A model generated the notes under the pieces. It was not told the DNA's origin, did not search any database, and saw only the letters and a program-made list of their open reading frames with translations. From a virus (Duplodnaviria > Heunggongvirae > Uroviricota > Caudoviricetes): 44,601 nt of DNA. Each line of letters opens with the position of its first letter. Position 1 is the first letter of the stretch. Shown in pieces: positions 11,572 to 21,498 of this stretch. Location: the IMG/VR virus record IMGVR_UViG_2711768005_000013; one strand, 5' to 3'. A program made the translations under genes and the position numbers.

Positions 11572-11597
11572 AGGAGCCTCCTATGTCATTAATTGCG

Positions 11598-11990
11598 CTA
11601 GAGCGCGCGATATGGAATTTGAAGATTAAGCTGGAACCAGCCATTCTTTTCGCCAACGGCTATTGAGGAAACAGCCTGGTAACTGAGACGATCGTCATCC
11701 TGAAACTCAAACAGTTCCCGCAATTTATCGGCTGTCTCAGTAATGAGTTTTGAACCAGAACCTGCGGGGACAAATAACTGAATAATGATTATCCCCGTGC
11801 GATAAACAACCGGCCCCGCGCCAATTTCATTAACTCCAGCCTGCCCGGGAATATTACTTAACCGCGCCCAGATTAACTTACCGGAAGGATCGAACGTTGG
11901 CCCGTTCGGATACAATACGTCTTTTCCATCAATAATCGTCTGTGCCGTCATTCTGGAAATAACCGTATTTCTGATTTCAGTAAACTTCAT
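11598..11990 (-). CDS. Tail terminator / tail completion protein (U-like position)
   Basis: 130 aa ORF directly upstream of the major tail gene. Confidence 0.45.
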   Translation of the reverse strand: MKFTEIRNTVISRMTAQTIIDGKDVLYPNGPTFDPSGKLIWARLSNIPGQAGVNEIGAGPVVYRTGIIIIQLFVPAGSGSKLITETADKLRELFEFQDDDRLSYQAVSSIAVGEKNGWFQLNLQIPYRAL

Positions 11991-12367
11991 TTGTAAGCCT
12001 GTAAAACACCATGAAAAGCGTTGGCATACACGCCAGTTGGCGCTTGTTGTGAATGACCGTTTTCAAGAGCCTCTGCATAAGGAAGGTTATTCTGGATATA
12101 AATAACCCCGTAATTTGCAGCTTTCGAAATAACCCCGATCCCACGCTGAACAGCAATCGTACCGTTCGGATCCACGTTATCAGATATACCAAAATCGGGA
12201 TGCTGTAACGACACCAGGTTGTTATTTCTGAAACGTCCGGTATCAACCGGAGCAGCAATATCAATAGCAGTAAGAATCTGCATAGCGATGTAGCGAATCT
12301 TCAGCCCTACATCTTCCTCAATCATCCCGGCAAATATTGACGGTTCTATATCCCATGCCTTTGCCAT
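11987..12367 (-). CDS. HK97 gp10-family tail component
   Basis: Contains PVDTGRFRNN, the characteristic VDTGRLR motif of the HK97 gp10 family. Confidence 0.55.
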   Translation of the reverse strand: MAKAWDIEPSIFAGMIEEDVGLKIRYIAMQILTAIDIAAPVDTGRFRNNNLVSLQHPDFGISDNVDPNGTIAVQRGIGVISKAANYGVIYIQNNLPYAEALENGHSQQAPTGVYANAFHGVLQAYK

Positions 12368-12751
12368 TTACGCTCTCCTTAACTGGATAGAGTAAACTGA
12401 TGCGGAAGGATCTACACTTGCTGTAATTACCTCGTATCGTTGTAACTGCCTTGATACAGGATCATAAATCTCAATAATATGGTCGACAGCTGGTTTATCC
12501 GTAACCTCGCATACCAGAGCGGTTAATTTAAGGTCACCATGCAAAATATTAATCCCATCAATTCTGCCCAGCTTATAACGTGTCAACACGCCTCGCCCGG
12601 TATAGATTGCGGTTGATTCGCCGCCAGTTTCCGTCACAGGATCCCAGTGCCGGTGCGTAACGTAAGAACCAGAAAAATCACTCACGGCGTCCGCTAAATC
12701 CTCATCAAAAGCAGCGGCAACCTCTGACTGAATCTCTTCACGAAGCCCCAT
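12368..12751 (-). CDS. Head-tail joining protein
   Basis: 127 aa ORF in the head-tail connector block; 1-nt coupled with the neighbouring gene. Confidence 0.4.
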   Translation of the reverse strand: MGLREEIQSEVAAAFDEDLADAVSDFSGSYVTHRHWDPVTETGGESTAIYTGRGVLTRYKLGRIDGINILHGDLKLTALVCEVTDKPAVDHIIEIYDPVSRQLQRYEVITASVDPSASVYSIQLRRA

Positions 12752-13146
12752 TATCCCCCCCTCACAACCCTGACTTGTGAGCGACTAAGTCCGTACGGTT
12801 TCAGCAGTGCTATCGCAAGCTGTAAATCGGGTTCAAGCAATGCAGTGCTGTTTGCTGGCAACTCAGAAAATGATTTCGATACACTGACCCCGTCAGCCGA
12901 CACGGCTTTACTGATAACAACGCCAGAATCATTTTTCTGCTGAAACAACTTACCGAATGAGGCAATTCTGGCTGCATATGCTCCCGCAAGTTTTACCTCT
13001 TCCGGAATACGGGATGGGTTAATTTTCAGGTTGAAGCCATTAAGCCAGGCATTAGCCATTAAAACAGCTTTATTTTTAGCGTTCTCACTCGTCCAGGCGT
13101 TCCCAAACGCATTATCAACGTCATCACAGGTCACGTAAGTGATCAT
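12751..13146 (-). CDS. Head-tail connector / adaptor protein
   Basis: 131 aa ORF in the connector block; start ATG overlaps stop of upstream small ORF. Confidence 0.4.
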   Translation of the reverse strand: MITYVTCDDVDNAFGNAWTSENAKNKAVLMANAWLNGFNLKINPSRIPEEVKLAGAYAARIASFGKLFQQKNDSGVVISKAVSADGVSVSKSFSELPANSTALLEPDLQLAIALLKPYGLSRSQVRVVRGG

Positions 13147-13149
13147 GTG

Positions 13150-13326
13150 TTACTCCTGAGTTTTCCAGCCCATAGCCTTCCAGTTGTCAACTTCATCAGG
13201 ATGAACATTAGCGATAGTTGGTGCGCCGGGAAACATCTGATAATCGGTCACCATAACCACTAACTCAATTTGCGTTTTTTGTGCGGCTTCACGCTGTGCT
13301 CTTTGCTCTTTAGTTAATCCGGCCAT
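13150..13326 (-). CDS. Small head-module protein (58 aa), not in the supplied ORF track
   Basis: ATG at 13324-13326, TAA at 13150-13152 abutting the next gene start; translates MAGLTKEQRAQREAAQKTQIELVVMVTDYQMFPGAPTIANVHPDEVDNWKAMGWKTQE. Confidence 0.4.
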   Translation of the reverse strand: MAGLTKEQRAQREAAQKTQIELVVMVTDYQMFPGAPTIANVHPDEVDNWKAMGWKTQE

Positions 13327-13368
13327 ATGCCCCCCATTAAAAATGGGGCCGAAGCCCCGTTTGAATGT

Positions 13369-14508
13369 TTAACCAAGAATCAGACAACCATGTGCCGGCT
13401 TCACTGATGAAACACCCCATGCCAGTCCAACTTCATAGCGCACCTGGCGATACTGACGATACAGTGCAATCTGGAACGTAATCCCTGAAATCGGGTCCGT
13501 AACATTCATTACATCATCAGCATTATCGCCACCTTCCGGCATTGCCGGAGTACGGGATGCCAGCAGAAACGCGTTGCGATCAAACGCCATATTTGCAGTA
13601 AAGGCCCCAACAACTGTGATGGCAGTATCATCGGCCAGATCCTGACGCAGTCCGGGCGCTGCAAGAGTAATCAGATTGCTGGTCGCTGCTGCCACAACAT
13701 ACTGATTCGGATCACCAGCGAACGTAACAATCTGACCTGCAGAAATACTCCCCGAACCAGTATCAATGGAAATAAGAACATCGCCTTCTTTTTTCTCTCC
13801 ATTCACGAGATAACCAGTTGCAGCAACCTTTGGCGCTCGTTTCACACCTGCCGAACTGTGAATATTGAATCCCTCCAGACGCCCCAACACGCCCTCACGC
13901 AGTAGCTGTTCAGTGCCGGATTCATTCACTTTAAACAATACAGACTGTTTTCCGCGCAAATTAGCAATGGCAGTGGAGCCAAGCACCATCTGCAGATCGG
14001 TTGTCGGTGCGCCGTTATCCTCCAGAACCTGACGAGCCAGAGCAGCATCAGAAAGATCATCTTTAACACCAAACGGCGTTGTCCCTGCGGTTCCCACGGC
14101 GCGGGAAGCACCGAAATACAACGCACCAAGATCAGCCTCAACCTCGTTTGCAAGGGCGCGAAAAGCCTGCTTGAACTGATCAGCCAGAATGGTGTTGTAA
14201 GTCCCTGAAGGGCCAAGAGCCAGTTGTTCTTCACCATTCCATTTAACCGGTGCCATTTTGGATTTAGTAATTTTTACATCAACAGTGCCAATATTTTGAT
14301 CACCGGTATTCGGAGCTGACGGCCCCGGTACGATATCTTCGGTTTTCGCCTCAGGCGCAACTGGCGCGGTTACCGTCTGATCTTTTGCTGCGGCGTCAGC
14401 TTTTGCGTTTTTTGCTACCGCAGGGATAAAACCTACCTGCTCACGGGATACAACATCCAGGGCGGTATAAATAGTCGGGATCAACCCGGTCAGGGTATTT
14501 CCAGCCAT
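13369..14508 (-). CDS. Major capsid protein
   Basis: About 380 aa from ATG at 14506-14508 (MAGNTLTGLIP...); the ORF-track start at 14601 is upstream and less likely; located after the scaffold gene. Confidence 0.7.
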   Translation of the reverse strand: MAGNTLTGLIPTIYTALDVVSREQVGFIPAVAKNAKADAAAKDQTVTAPVAPEAKTEDIVPGPSAPNTGDQNIGTVDVKITKSKMAPVKWNGEEQLALGPSGTYNTILADQFKQAFRALANEVEADLGALYFGASRAVGTAGTTPFGVKDDLSDAALARQVLEDNGAPTTDLQMVLGSTAIANLRGKQSVLFKVNESGTEQLLREGVLGRLEGFNIHSSAGVKRAPKVAATGYLVNGEKKEGDVLISIDTGSGSISAGQIVTFAGDPNQYVVAAATSNLITLAAPGLRQDLADDTAITVVGAFTANMAFDRNAFLLASRTPAMPEGGDNADDVMNVTDPISGITFQIALYRQYRQVRYEVGLAWGVSSVKPAHGCLILG

Positions 14509-14606
14509 AATTAAATATTCCTTAAAAATTTGCGTAATTGTGAATAGATGGAGTAATGAGCTATCCAGCCCTGACACCAGCTCCCATCCGGAAGCTGACA
14601 AATGTG

Positions 14607-15371
14607 TTAATCAACGATTGTGATACCGTCTTTCAATGCGTTTTGCTTACCTGCAACATCCAGTGCATCAAAAGCAGAGCGTTTCATCGTTTTCTGACCA
14701 ATATCATGCTGTGTCGGACGGGAGCCGCCGCCATTGTTGCCACTGGCTTTCAGGATGTAGTCTTTCTGAGGGTAATTTTCGACAAGGAACTCCAGCGCCT
14801 CATCAAACTGCGCCAGTTCGCCAGGCTTCGCGCGGGAATAAATTTTGTTGCCGGAAGCGTCATAAGCAACGATCCTCCCTTCTTCCACTTTGAATGCCTG
14901 CCCGAAGCGGGCTTGTAATAAATCTGCCGGGATCGCAATTTTATCGGCAATATATTTTGAACCCGCAAAACTACCGCCAATCATAGAATCGTAAAGCTGC
15001 TTCTCCAGCATCTGAGAGCGTTGCTTTTCTTCATCTAATTGCTGCTGAAAATTTTTCGTAATTTCTGCCTTAACCTGGTCAACCTGTCCCGCATCGAGCA
15101 GCTTTTTCTGGTCGATTTTTGACAGCATTTCCAGTGCCTCGATCGCCTTCTTCGGGTCTTCGATAGCGGCAAACTTAGCCAGTTTTTCCTCTGCAGCTTC
15201 TTTAGCCAGGCGATGATTTTTTGCCTCGCCATTAAGCTCTGTAATTTTTTTTGTCGCCAGCGGTGCATCGAAGCCAATTTCTTTACCATCGTCGTGCACA
15301 TAAACTGGCAGGCCAGCAGTATCAATTTCTGCGTATTGTTTTCCGTTAATCTCGACCGTTTTCAGTTTCAT
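14607..15371 (-). CDS. Scaffolding protein
   Basis: K/E/A/Q-rich coiled-coil-type protein between the F-like head protein and the capsid gene; start taken at ATG 15369-15371 (MKLKTVEING). Confidence 0.5.
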   Translation of the reverse strand: MKLKTVEINGKQYAEIDTAGLPVYVHDDGKEIGFDAPLATKKITELNGEAKNHRLAKEAAEEKLAKFAAIEDPKKAIEALEMLSKIDQKKLLDAGQVDQVKAEITKNFQQQLDEEKQRSQMLEKQLYDSMIGGSFAGSKYIADKIAIPADLLQARFGQAFKVEEGRIVAYDASGNKIYSRAKPGELAQFDEALEFLVENYPQKDYILKASGNNGGGSRPTQHDIGQKTMKRSAFDALDVAGKQNALKDGITIVD

Positions 15372-15475
15372 ATTAGTACCTGGTTTAAGTCTTCCGACAG
15401 TTACGCTGCTCACCATCCGGATCGCAGCAATAAAAAAGGCCACCCGAAGGTAGCCTGTTGTAATAAATGATTTAT

Positions 15476-16591
15476 TTAAATCCCTGCTTTTCTGAATACC
15501 TGTGCATCACGCTCACGGAGCTGCTTCAGCGTCAGCCATTCGCCTTTATCGGTGTAAAATTCATCTGGCGACATACCACCATCCCGAATCAGCTTTGCTC
15601 GGCTTTCCCCCACAATCTGTTTTTGTCTGGTGTAAGGCTGACGCAAAAACCATTCCCTGTAGGTTGTATCTCCGGCCACCACGCCATCCATGCTGGCCCG
15701 CTCAGCCGGGGAAATATCGCGAACATCAATACCCAGTTCCTTCGCTGATTTCAGAATGAACGTTTCCGTTGAGCGGCAGCAGAAATGAATTTTTCCCGGC
15801 CCCTGCAAATAAGGCACGCTGTGACCTACAGGTTTATTATTCAGCGTATATTTGAGGCGATCCCTGATTCGACATTGTGGCGTAGTACGATTATCAAGCG
15901 TTGATAACCATTGCTTACCCTTAATCAAATCATTATTCGCGCTGGCAAAACTCTCACGGGCAGTAGCAGCAAGATGTCCAACCGCTGTTTTTGCAATGCT
16001 GGCCGCATTAGCCCGGCTCATCTGCAATGCACCATCCTGAAATCCCTTACTGACATGTCCCCGAATTTTTCTTGCGATCTGCTCATTGGTATCCCCCAGC
16101 AAAAAACCCTGACGCACTGTATTTGTTATGCGTCTGAGCCGATCCGCCTCAAGATCTGAGGCCCACTCACTGAGCAGTCGTCCCTGGAATGGTCGCGCCA
16201 TTGCAGCGGCATAAAGTGCATCAGGAGAGATACCAACCAGAGGGTGAACATCAGCAACAAAATCAGGTAGCATAGAATCAAACAGACTTAACTGATAACC
16301 AGCCTCATAAATTGCCAGCTCGTTCAGCTCTCCGGAGAGACTGGTAAACATGCTGTTAATAGCAGTGCGGTTAACCTCTCTGACGCTCGCCAGAAGTGAC
16401 TCCAGGCGCTTAACGGTAAAACTACCTGGATCGAGGCTGTCCAGTGCTATCAGCAGGCGAGCAGTAAGTTCCGCATCGCTGTCATTCAGTATTTTCACCA
16501 TTCTGGCAGCCACGCCAGTGCTATAGCGGGATATCCAGACTGCATGAGCAATTGATTCATCACGCAGCCGTTCATTCACGGTTTGCATCAT
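15476..16591 (-). CDS. Head morphogenesis protein (Mu F / SPP1 gp7-like minor head protein)
   Basis: 371 aa directly downstream of portal, the conserved position of F-like proteins. Confidence 0.7.
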   Translation of the reverse strand: MMQTVNERLRDESIAHAVWISRYSTGVAARMVKILNDSDAELTARLLIALDSLDPGSFTVKRLESLLASVREVNRTAINSMFTSLSGELNELAIYEAGYQLSLFDSMLPDFVADVHPLVGISPDALYAAAMARPFQGRLLSEWASDLEADRLRRITNTVRQGFLLGDTNEQIARKIRGHVSKGFQDGALQMSRANAASIAKTAVGHLAATARESFASANNDLIKGKQWLSTLDNRTTPQCRIRDRLKYTLNNKPVGHSVPYLQGPGKIHFCCRSTETFILKSAKELGIDVRDISPAERASMDGVVAGDTTYREWFLRQPYTRQKQIVGESRAKLIRDGGMSPDEFYTDKGEWLTLKQLRERDAQVFRKAGI

Positions 16592-17978
16592 TGATTTCCA
16601 TCAGCATTACACTCTGATTTTTTAATTCATCGATCACTTCCTCTGGACGGGAATCCTGATCGATAAATTTCAACGCCTGCAACACCCGAACCGCATCAAT
16701 CTGACGTATATCACCGCCCTGACGCAATGACTGAACAGCCAGCGCGGAGGATGAGTCAAACACCTGGGCAGATACATCCAGTTCAGTGCGCACATCCACA
16801 TTGCCACCGCAACTCTCTCCGATCCATTCCGCCATTATCTGGAGAATATTATCGAGGGCATCTTCGAGGGAGTTCGCCATTGTATAAAGCGGCGAGTTTT
16901 CCTGCATTCGCTCTTCATTAGTCTGATCAACAGATTTGGTGGATGTATTTTCAGCACGCAGAAGTTTAGCGCCGGCATGACGCATCTGATTTTCCAGCTT
17001 CTCAAGTGATGTTTCGCCAGATTCTATCGCTGCGCCACTATGTTCAACATATTCGAGGCCATTTTTTGTTCTGTCCTCAAAAATCGTAGCGGTGGATGCA
17101 CCAACCGTCAGTTCTTCATTCCTGTCCAGCCCGTAGGCCACCAGCAATGGAACGCGGGCAACATGAAGAATATTGTCCTGCTCGCTCTGGCTTTGCCAGT
17201 GCTTGATATTCAGCAAGCCAAGATTAAGCAATGGCGGTGTACCACGCATAAATCCTGTTTTCTTCGTGTACAGTGTTACCAGAGGAATATCATCACGGCT
17301 GGTATTCCATGACTCATGAAGCGTCCAGACAGATTCGCCATTAGTGCCTTCGCTACGTCGATAAATTTCAACTCGACGGGGCATAATATGGCGGATCTGC
17401 TCCACCTTCTTCTGCCCGAAATCATCACCATCAATAATGATGACCTCTTTTATACGCAAATCAGTGAGAACAACTTTCCCTTTTTCAACTTTCGATTTCC
17501 ATCCAATAACCTGGCGTGGATTCAGCATCGTAACGTACGGACGACCACCGGTCGCGTTTTCATCGGCTTTTGTCCGAATCTCTTTCATATCCGTTCGTGG
17601 ATAGTCCACCAGCGCATGTGCCACACCATACTGAAATGCGAGGCTGAAAAATTGCTGCGCCCACACATCCAGTCGGCTCCCCTCCATGTCGATATTTTCT
17701 GCATATTCCCTGATTTTTGCCGGCGTTTCCTCACTCAATACTGTCGGCTCTGCAAATATGCGCCCAATATTTTGCTTGATGCTTTCTTCATACACAGGAA
17801 GTAGCGTAGCCACAGACAGGCGTTTTTTATAAGCGTCTTCATCTTCGTTAGGCCATTTTGGGAGATAATTTTCCCCCTGCCTGCGCATTTCAAGCGTACC
17901 GCCCATCAGTGCGTCGTTAATATCCCACGCCTCCAGCATATCGTTATAGTCGAGGTTGGGTGTTGATATATCAGCCAT
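16572..17978 (-). CDS. Portal protein
   Basis: 468 aa immediately downstream of terminase large subunit. Confidence 0.8.
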   Translation of the reverse strand: MADISTPNLDYNDMLEAWDINDALMGGTLEMRRQGENYLPKWPNEDEDAYKKRLSVATLLPVYEESIKQNIGRIFAEPTVLSEETPAKIREYAENIDMEGSRLDVWAQQFFSLAFQYGVAHALVDYPRTDMKEIRTKADENATGGRPYVTMLNPRQVIGWKSKVEKGKVVLTDLRIKEVIIIDGDDFGQKKVEQIRHIMPRRVEIYRRSEGTNGESVWTLHESWNTSRDDIPLVTLYTKKTGFMRGTPPLLNLGLLNIKHWQSQSEQDNILHVARVPLLVAYGLDRNEELTVGASTATIFEDRTKNGLEYVEHSGAAIESGETSLEKLENQMRHAGAKLLRAENTSTKSVDQTNEERMQENSPLYTMANSLEDALDNILQIMAEWIGESCGGNVDVRTELDVSAQVFDSSSALAVQSLRQGGDIRQIDAVRVLQALKFIDQDSRPEEVIDELKNQSVMLMEINDANRE

Positions 17979-17980
17979 AA

Positions 17981-19288
17981 TTAAATCCGAAGTGATGTGA
18001 CTCTTCCGGTCGGTTTGACAATAGGGAATTGCTTAACGATGAAATAACCTCCGGCATCATTCGGGTGATCATTGCCAGATTTTTTATCAGGCTCCCCCTT
18101 CTCATCCCAGACCTGTTGCTCCAGAGATTCGGCATATAACGGGCAACGCTTCACATTAACTTTATAGCGACGCTCACCATTGGCATTGCAGAACATTGCA
18201 TTCATTGAGTTAACGCGATCTTTTACTGGCGGGTTCGAGCTGTTCACCACAACGTTAAAACCAGCCTGCTTAAGCTGGGCTATATCCGTCGTACTTGCGT
18301 TACTTGATTTTCTGGAATCCCCGGAAGCATCTGGATAAATATAAATTTCCCTCACTTTCCGGTAATCATTCCCATCATACAGCCAGAAGCGTTCTTTAAT
18401 GATGCGGATCATATCCGGCGTATCGTAGGCATTGATGATTTCAGTTACCGCACATGGAAGCCCCAAACGCAGCACATGGACGATTCCCGCCATCTTTCCA
18501 ACGTTAAAATCCATCCCAATATAAATCGGCTCCCCTGGCTGCTCCACTTCTTCGCAATTATTCAGTTTCCGGTCAAACTGATGGTAAACAGTACCACTTG
18601 TCAGGTTAGTAAACTGTCCTCGAAGATAGGCTTTAATCAGCTCTGGAGGGTATGATTCAAGAAGCGAAGGAATGTAATCTGCTGGCAGGTTCTTTTCATT
18701 ATCGAAAGTAGATGCCTGCACCAGACCATACAGTGAGGCCAGCTCTGTTTTTTCACGCACGGCTTTAACAAACTGCTCGTAGACAAATTTGAATCCTTCC
18801 GGCGTGGTTGTAACGTCAATACCGTTGCGAAGTCCATCAATCTTATAACGCATACGTGCAATTATCTTGCGCCACGCCGTTCTGGCTTTTTCCTTCGGCA
18901 AAATGTCCAGTTCATCCACCAACGCATTACCAATTTTGAAACCGACGATCGTTTGTGGCTTCTCCATCGATCTGCAGATAGTGGTTCCCCGATACTGGCG
19001 TCCGTAATAAAAGTGAACCTCTTTATTTCCCTCATTAATTTTTACGTTCAATCCCCAGTCAGCAGCAACTTCTTCCACTGTAGGGTAAAAAATATCGCGA
19101 ATTTGGGGATACGTTGGCGCAAAATATCCCTGATTTATACCTGGATGCTCCCAAATCCCCTTGCATATGCCGCCACACCCAACCCATGTTTTGCCCGAGC
19201 CAAAACCAGCAATATAGGCTTTAAATTTATGGGGCATTGAAAGAAATCGCGCCTGAGGCACATTAAGCGTCGGAGAGATCATCTTCAT
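17981..19288 (-). CDS. Terminase large subunit
   Basis: Walker A-like AGFGSGKT near the N-terminus, acidic C-terminal nuclease-like region; start taken at ATG 19286-19288 (ORF-track GTG at 19291). Confidence 0.8.
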   Translation of the reverse strand: MKMISPTLNVPQARFLSMPHKFKAYIAGFGSGKTWVGCGGICKGIWEHPGINQGYFAPTYPQIRDIFYPTVEEVAADWGLNVKINEGNKEVHFYYGRQYRGTTICRSMEKPQTIVGFKIGNALVDELDILPKEKARTAWRKIIARMRYKIDGLRNGIDVTTTPEGFKFVYEQFVKAVREKTELASLYGLVQASTFDNEKNLPADYIPSLLESYPPELIKAYLRGQFTNLTSGTVYHQFDRKLNNCEEVEQPGEPIYIGMDFNVGKMAGIVHVLRLGLPCAVTEIINAYDTPDMIRIIKERFWLYDGNDYRKVREIYIYPDASGDSRKSSNASTTDIAQLKQAGFNVVVNSSNPPVKDRVNSMNAMFCNANGERRYKVNVKRCPLYAESLEQQVWDEKGEPDKKSGNDHPNDAGGYFIVKQFPIVKPTGRVTSLRI

Positions 19289-20357
19289 CACTCCTTACTC
19301 TGGCATCAACCACATTAATATTGATCGCCACAGGCTGGGGATGTTCATTATCTTCCACCGTTTCGATCTCTTTGCGCAGCTTCTGGTTTTCCATTCTGCG
19401 CCGTTCAATTTCCAGTTCCCGTAGCCGCTTATCTGCACATAAAGCCCCGCCAGCAGAAAACAAACGCAACAATTCACGCCGGGCGGCAGCCTTATCCTCC
19501 AGCAGGATCTCAACGCCGAATTTTCCGAATTTTGCCCCTGCATATAATTGCCGCGCATCCCCATCAAGCAGAGTGGTATCAGCCATATAAAGCTGTCCCG
19601 TTCCCTCACCGCAGCACTTCGGGCAGTCCGGATTGGGTATGGCGTTATCAACAAAGCCGAGGCCTCCATATTCCGGTTCGGGTTTGCCATCTCTGGAAGC
19701 CTGCGCCGCTGCCTTGTCGAATTCTGCTATATCGCGCCACTGGTAGAGATGATTCTCGCCCCAGCAATAACGGCAGTTAACACGGCGAAATTGTGCAAGC
19801 TGATTGGGGTCGGCCAGGACAATAGCCATCAACTGACTCACTAGTAAATCCAGGTCTGCGGTATAGCGTTTCTGGTACTGATTGCGGAAGTAGCTGATAG
19901 CGCGAAAAACCCTGGCATTTCTAAGCATACGACTGGCGTTGCTGTTAGCTGTCGCACCTTGCCCCTCATAACCGGCTAGTCGGTACGCCTCTGTCGGCTT
20001 TTTACCCTGAGCAACAAGCATCGCAAACTTAGCCTGCTGGTCAGAAATGCCGAATTCATCGGGACAGAACGAAAATTCCTCCGCGTCGCCCTCATTCAGG
20101 CCCGCATCGAATACTGGCTTTTTTTCCTGAGATTTTTCGTTCCGCTTTTGTGCAGTCTGCGCAGATTTTTTCTGCGCACTTTTTTGCGCAGTTTTGCACA
20201 TTTCTGTCTGCGCATTTTTCGGAGTTTTTTTGATGTAACGACGGGCTGTTGCGTAATTCAGTCCCCTTGCTTCACACCATGCCACCGGAGATATACCGGA
20301 GCGGGTGTATTCAGCAATATACTCCTGCTGCAACGCCCCCCAGTCCGGTCTGCTCAT
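19263..20357 (-). CDS. Terminase small subunit-like protein with N-terminal HTH and K/A/Q-rich linker
   Basis: Directly upstream of and overlapping terminase large subunit; N-terminal HTH-like segment; unusually long (364 aa). Confidence 0.5.
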   Translation of the reverse strand: MSRPDWGALQQEYIAEYTRSGISPVAWCEARGLNYATARRYIKKTPKNAQTEMCKTAQKSAQKKSAQTAQKRNEKSQEKKPVFDAGLNEGDAEEFSFCPDEFGISDQQAKFAMLVAQGKKPTEAYRLAGYEGQGATANSNASRMLRNARVFRAISYFRNQYQKRYTADLDLLVSQLMAIVLADPNQLAQFRRVNCRYCWGENHLYQWRDIAEFDKAAAQASRDGKPEPEYGGLGFVDNAIPNPDCPKCCGEGTGQLYMADTTLLDGDARQLYAGAKFGKFGVEILLEDKAAARRELLRLFSAGGALCADKRLRELEIERRRMENQKLRKEIETVEDNEHPQPVAININVVDARVRSDEDDLSDA

Positions 20358-20360
20358 CAG

Positions 20361-20612
20361 TTAGTCCTGATTTTTATCCACCCTGAGTAGTTCGCGCAGA
20401 GCAAAGGCATCCCCTTTTCTGGCAAGCTTAAACAATGCCGCTCGTAACTCGGCTTCACCTTTCGCTCTGCCCTTACGGATGGCCGCATAAAAATCTGTCA
20501 TTGCTTCCCGATTTTCTTTCAGTCGGTTCAGATCAACATCCAGAACGTCAGCGATTTGTTGTGCAGTCATCCGGCACGCTGCCAGAGACTCGACTTTCGA
20601 ATACGGAATCAT
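20361..20612 (-). CDS. Hypothetical small protein with HTH-like segment
   Basis: 83 aa ORF whose stop abuts the terS-like start (TAACTGATG); possible internal start at MTAQQIADV. Confidence 0.35.
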   Translation of the reverse strand: MIPYSKVESLAACRMTAQQIADVLDVDLNRLKENREAMTDFYAAIRKGRAKGEAELRAALFKLARKGDAFALRELLRVDKNQD

Positions 20613-21498
20613 TTGTCACCCCCATTGATATGCAGGGTGTCTTCTTCCTGTATTTTTCGTGAAGGATTTTTACTGCAGCGTTGTTCCAGGTGACCTGATG
20701 GTGAATGCGTTTATGACTGGCACCCATAAGTGAGATTTTTACGCACGACGGCGCATACATGACGGAGTAAAAACTTTTAACGTAGGTTCCGGAATCCAGA
20801 TACAGCTCGGTCATTCCGCCGCTGTTTTTCTGCGTCTGTTTCTGCCCTAACTGGACAGCACCGATCGTCATAAACAATTCACCACAGCGACCGAGATTCG
20901 TGTACGTATTCACATCCTCGTTAATGCGCCCCATGAATGAGAACGGTCGATCAACCGAACAGATAAAGCTGTTCATTGCCTTGCGTTTCACCCACGAAGC
21001 ATGGCCGCCATTGTCACCAAGAAAATCCCCGCCCTGCGACATAGCGATGGAAAGAGCAGGTATTGATTCGTAGTACGCAAGCATTTCAGAAAGGATCTCA
21101 TCCAGTTTCCTTATCGGGAAATAGGCCTGGTCATAGTTGCGATCCACCCGAAACTGGAACTCGTGATAATCATCATCGAGCTGAATGAAGTATTTACACC
21201 CGACCAGTTTTGCCTGGTCGAAACAGGCATTACGGGCGTAAAAAATTGAGCGGCGGTCACTAAAATTATCGGCTTCGTCAAAACGACTAGCAATATCGGC
21301 TTTGGAAAATACCAGCACCTGTTCACCAAATTCAGCCATGTACTGATGCCGTGTCTTATCTTCATCATCAACAACGATAAAAATTTTCCCGGTATAGCCA
21401 GCACGACGCAACGTCCGGTAAGTCAGAACTTTGTCCGGTCGCCCGTGAGTCAGAATAAAGGCGCAAAAATCATCACGCATATTCCTCCTCCCCGCCAT
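20548..21498 (-). CDS. Putative GT-A-fold glycosyltransferase-like protein
   Basis: N-terminal FILTHGRPDKVL...IFIVVDDED and a DxD-type motif YFIQLDDDY; assignment from motifs only. Confidence 0.35.
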   Translation of the reverse strand: MAGRRNMRDDFCAFILTHGRPDKVLTYRTLRRAGYTGKIFIVVDDEDKTRHQYMAEFGEQVLVFSKADIASRFDEADNFSDRRSIFYARNACFDQAKLVGCKYFIQLDDDYHEFQFRVDRNYDQAYFPIRKLDEILSEMLAYYESIPALSIAMSQGGDFLGDNGGHASWVKRKAMNSFICSVDRPFSFMGRINEDVNTYTNLGRCGELFMTIGAVQLGQKQTQKNSGGMTELYLDSGTYVKSFYSVMYAPSCVKISLMGASHKRIHHQVTWNNAAVKILHEKYRKKTPCISMGVTNDSVFESRVSGSVPDDCTTNR

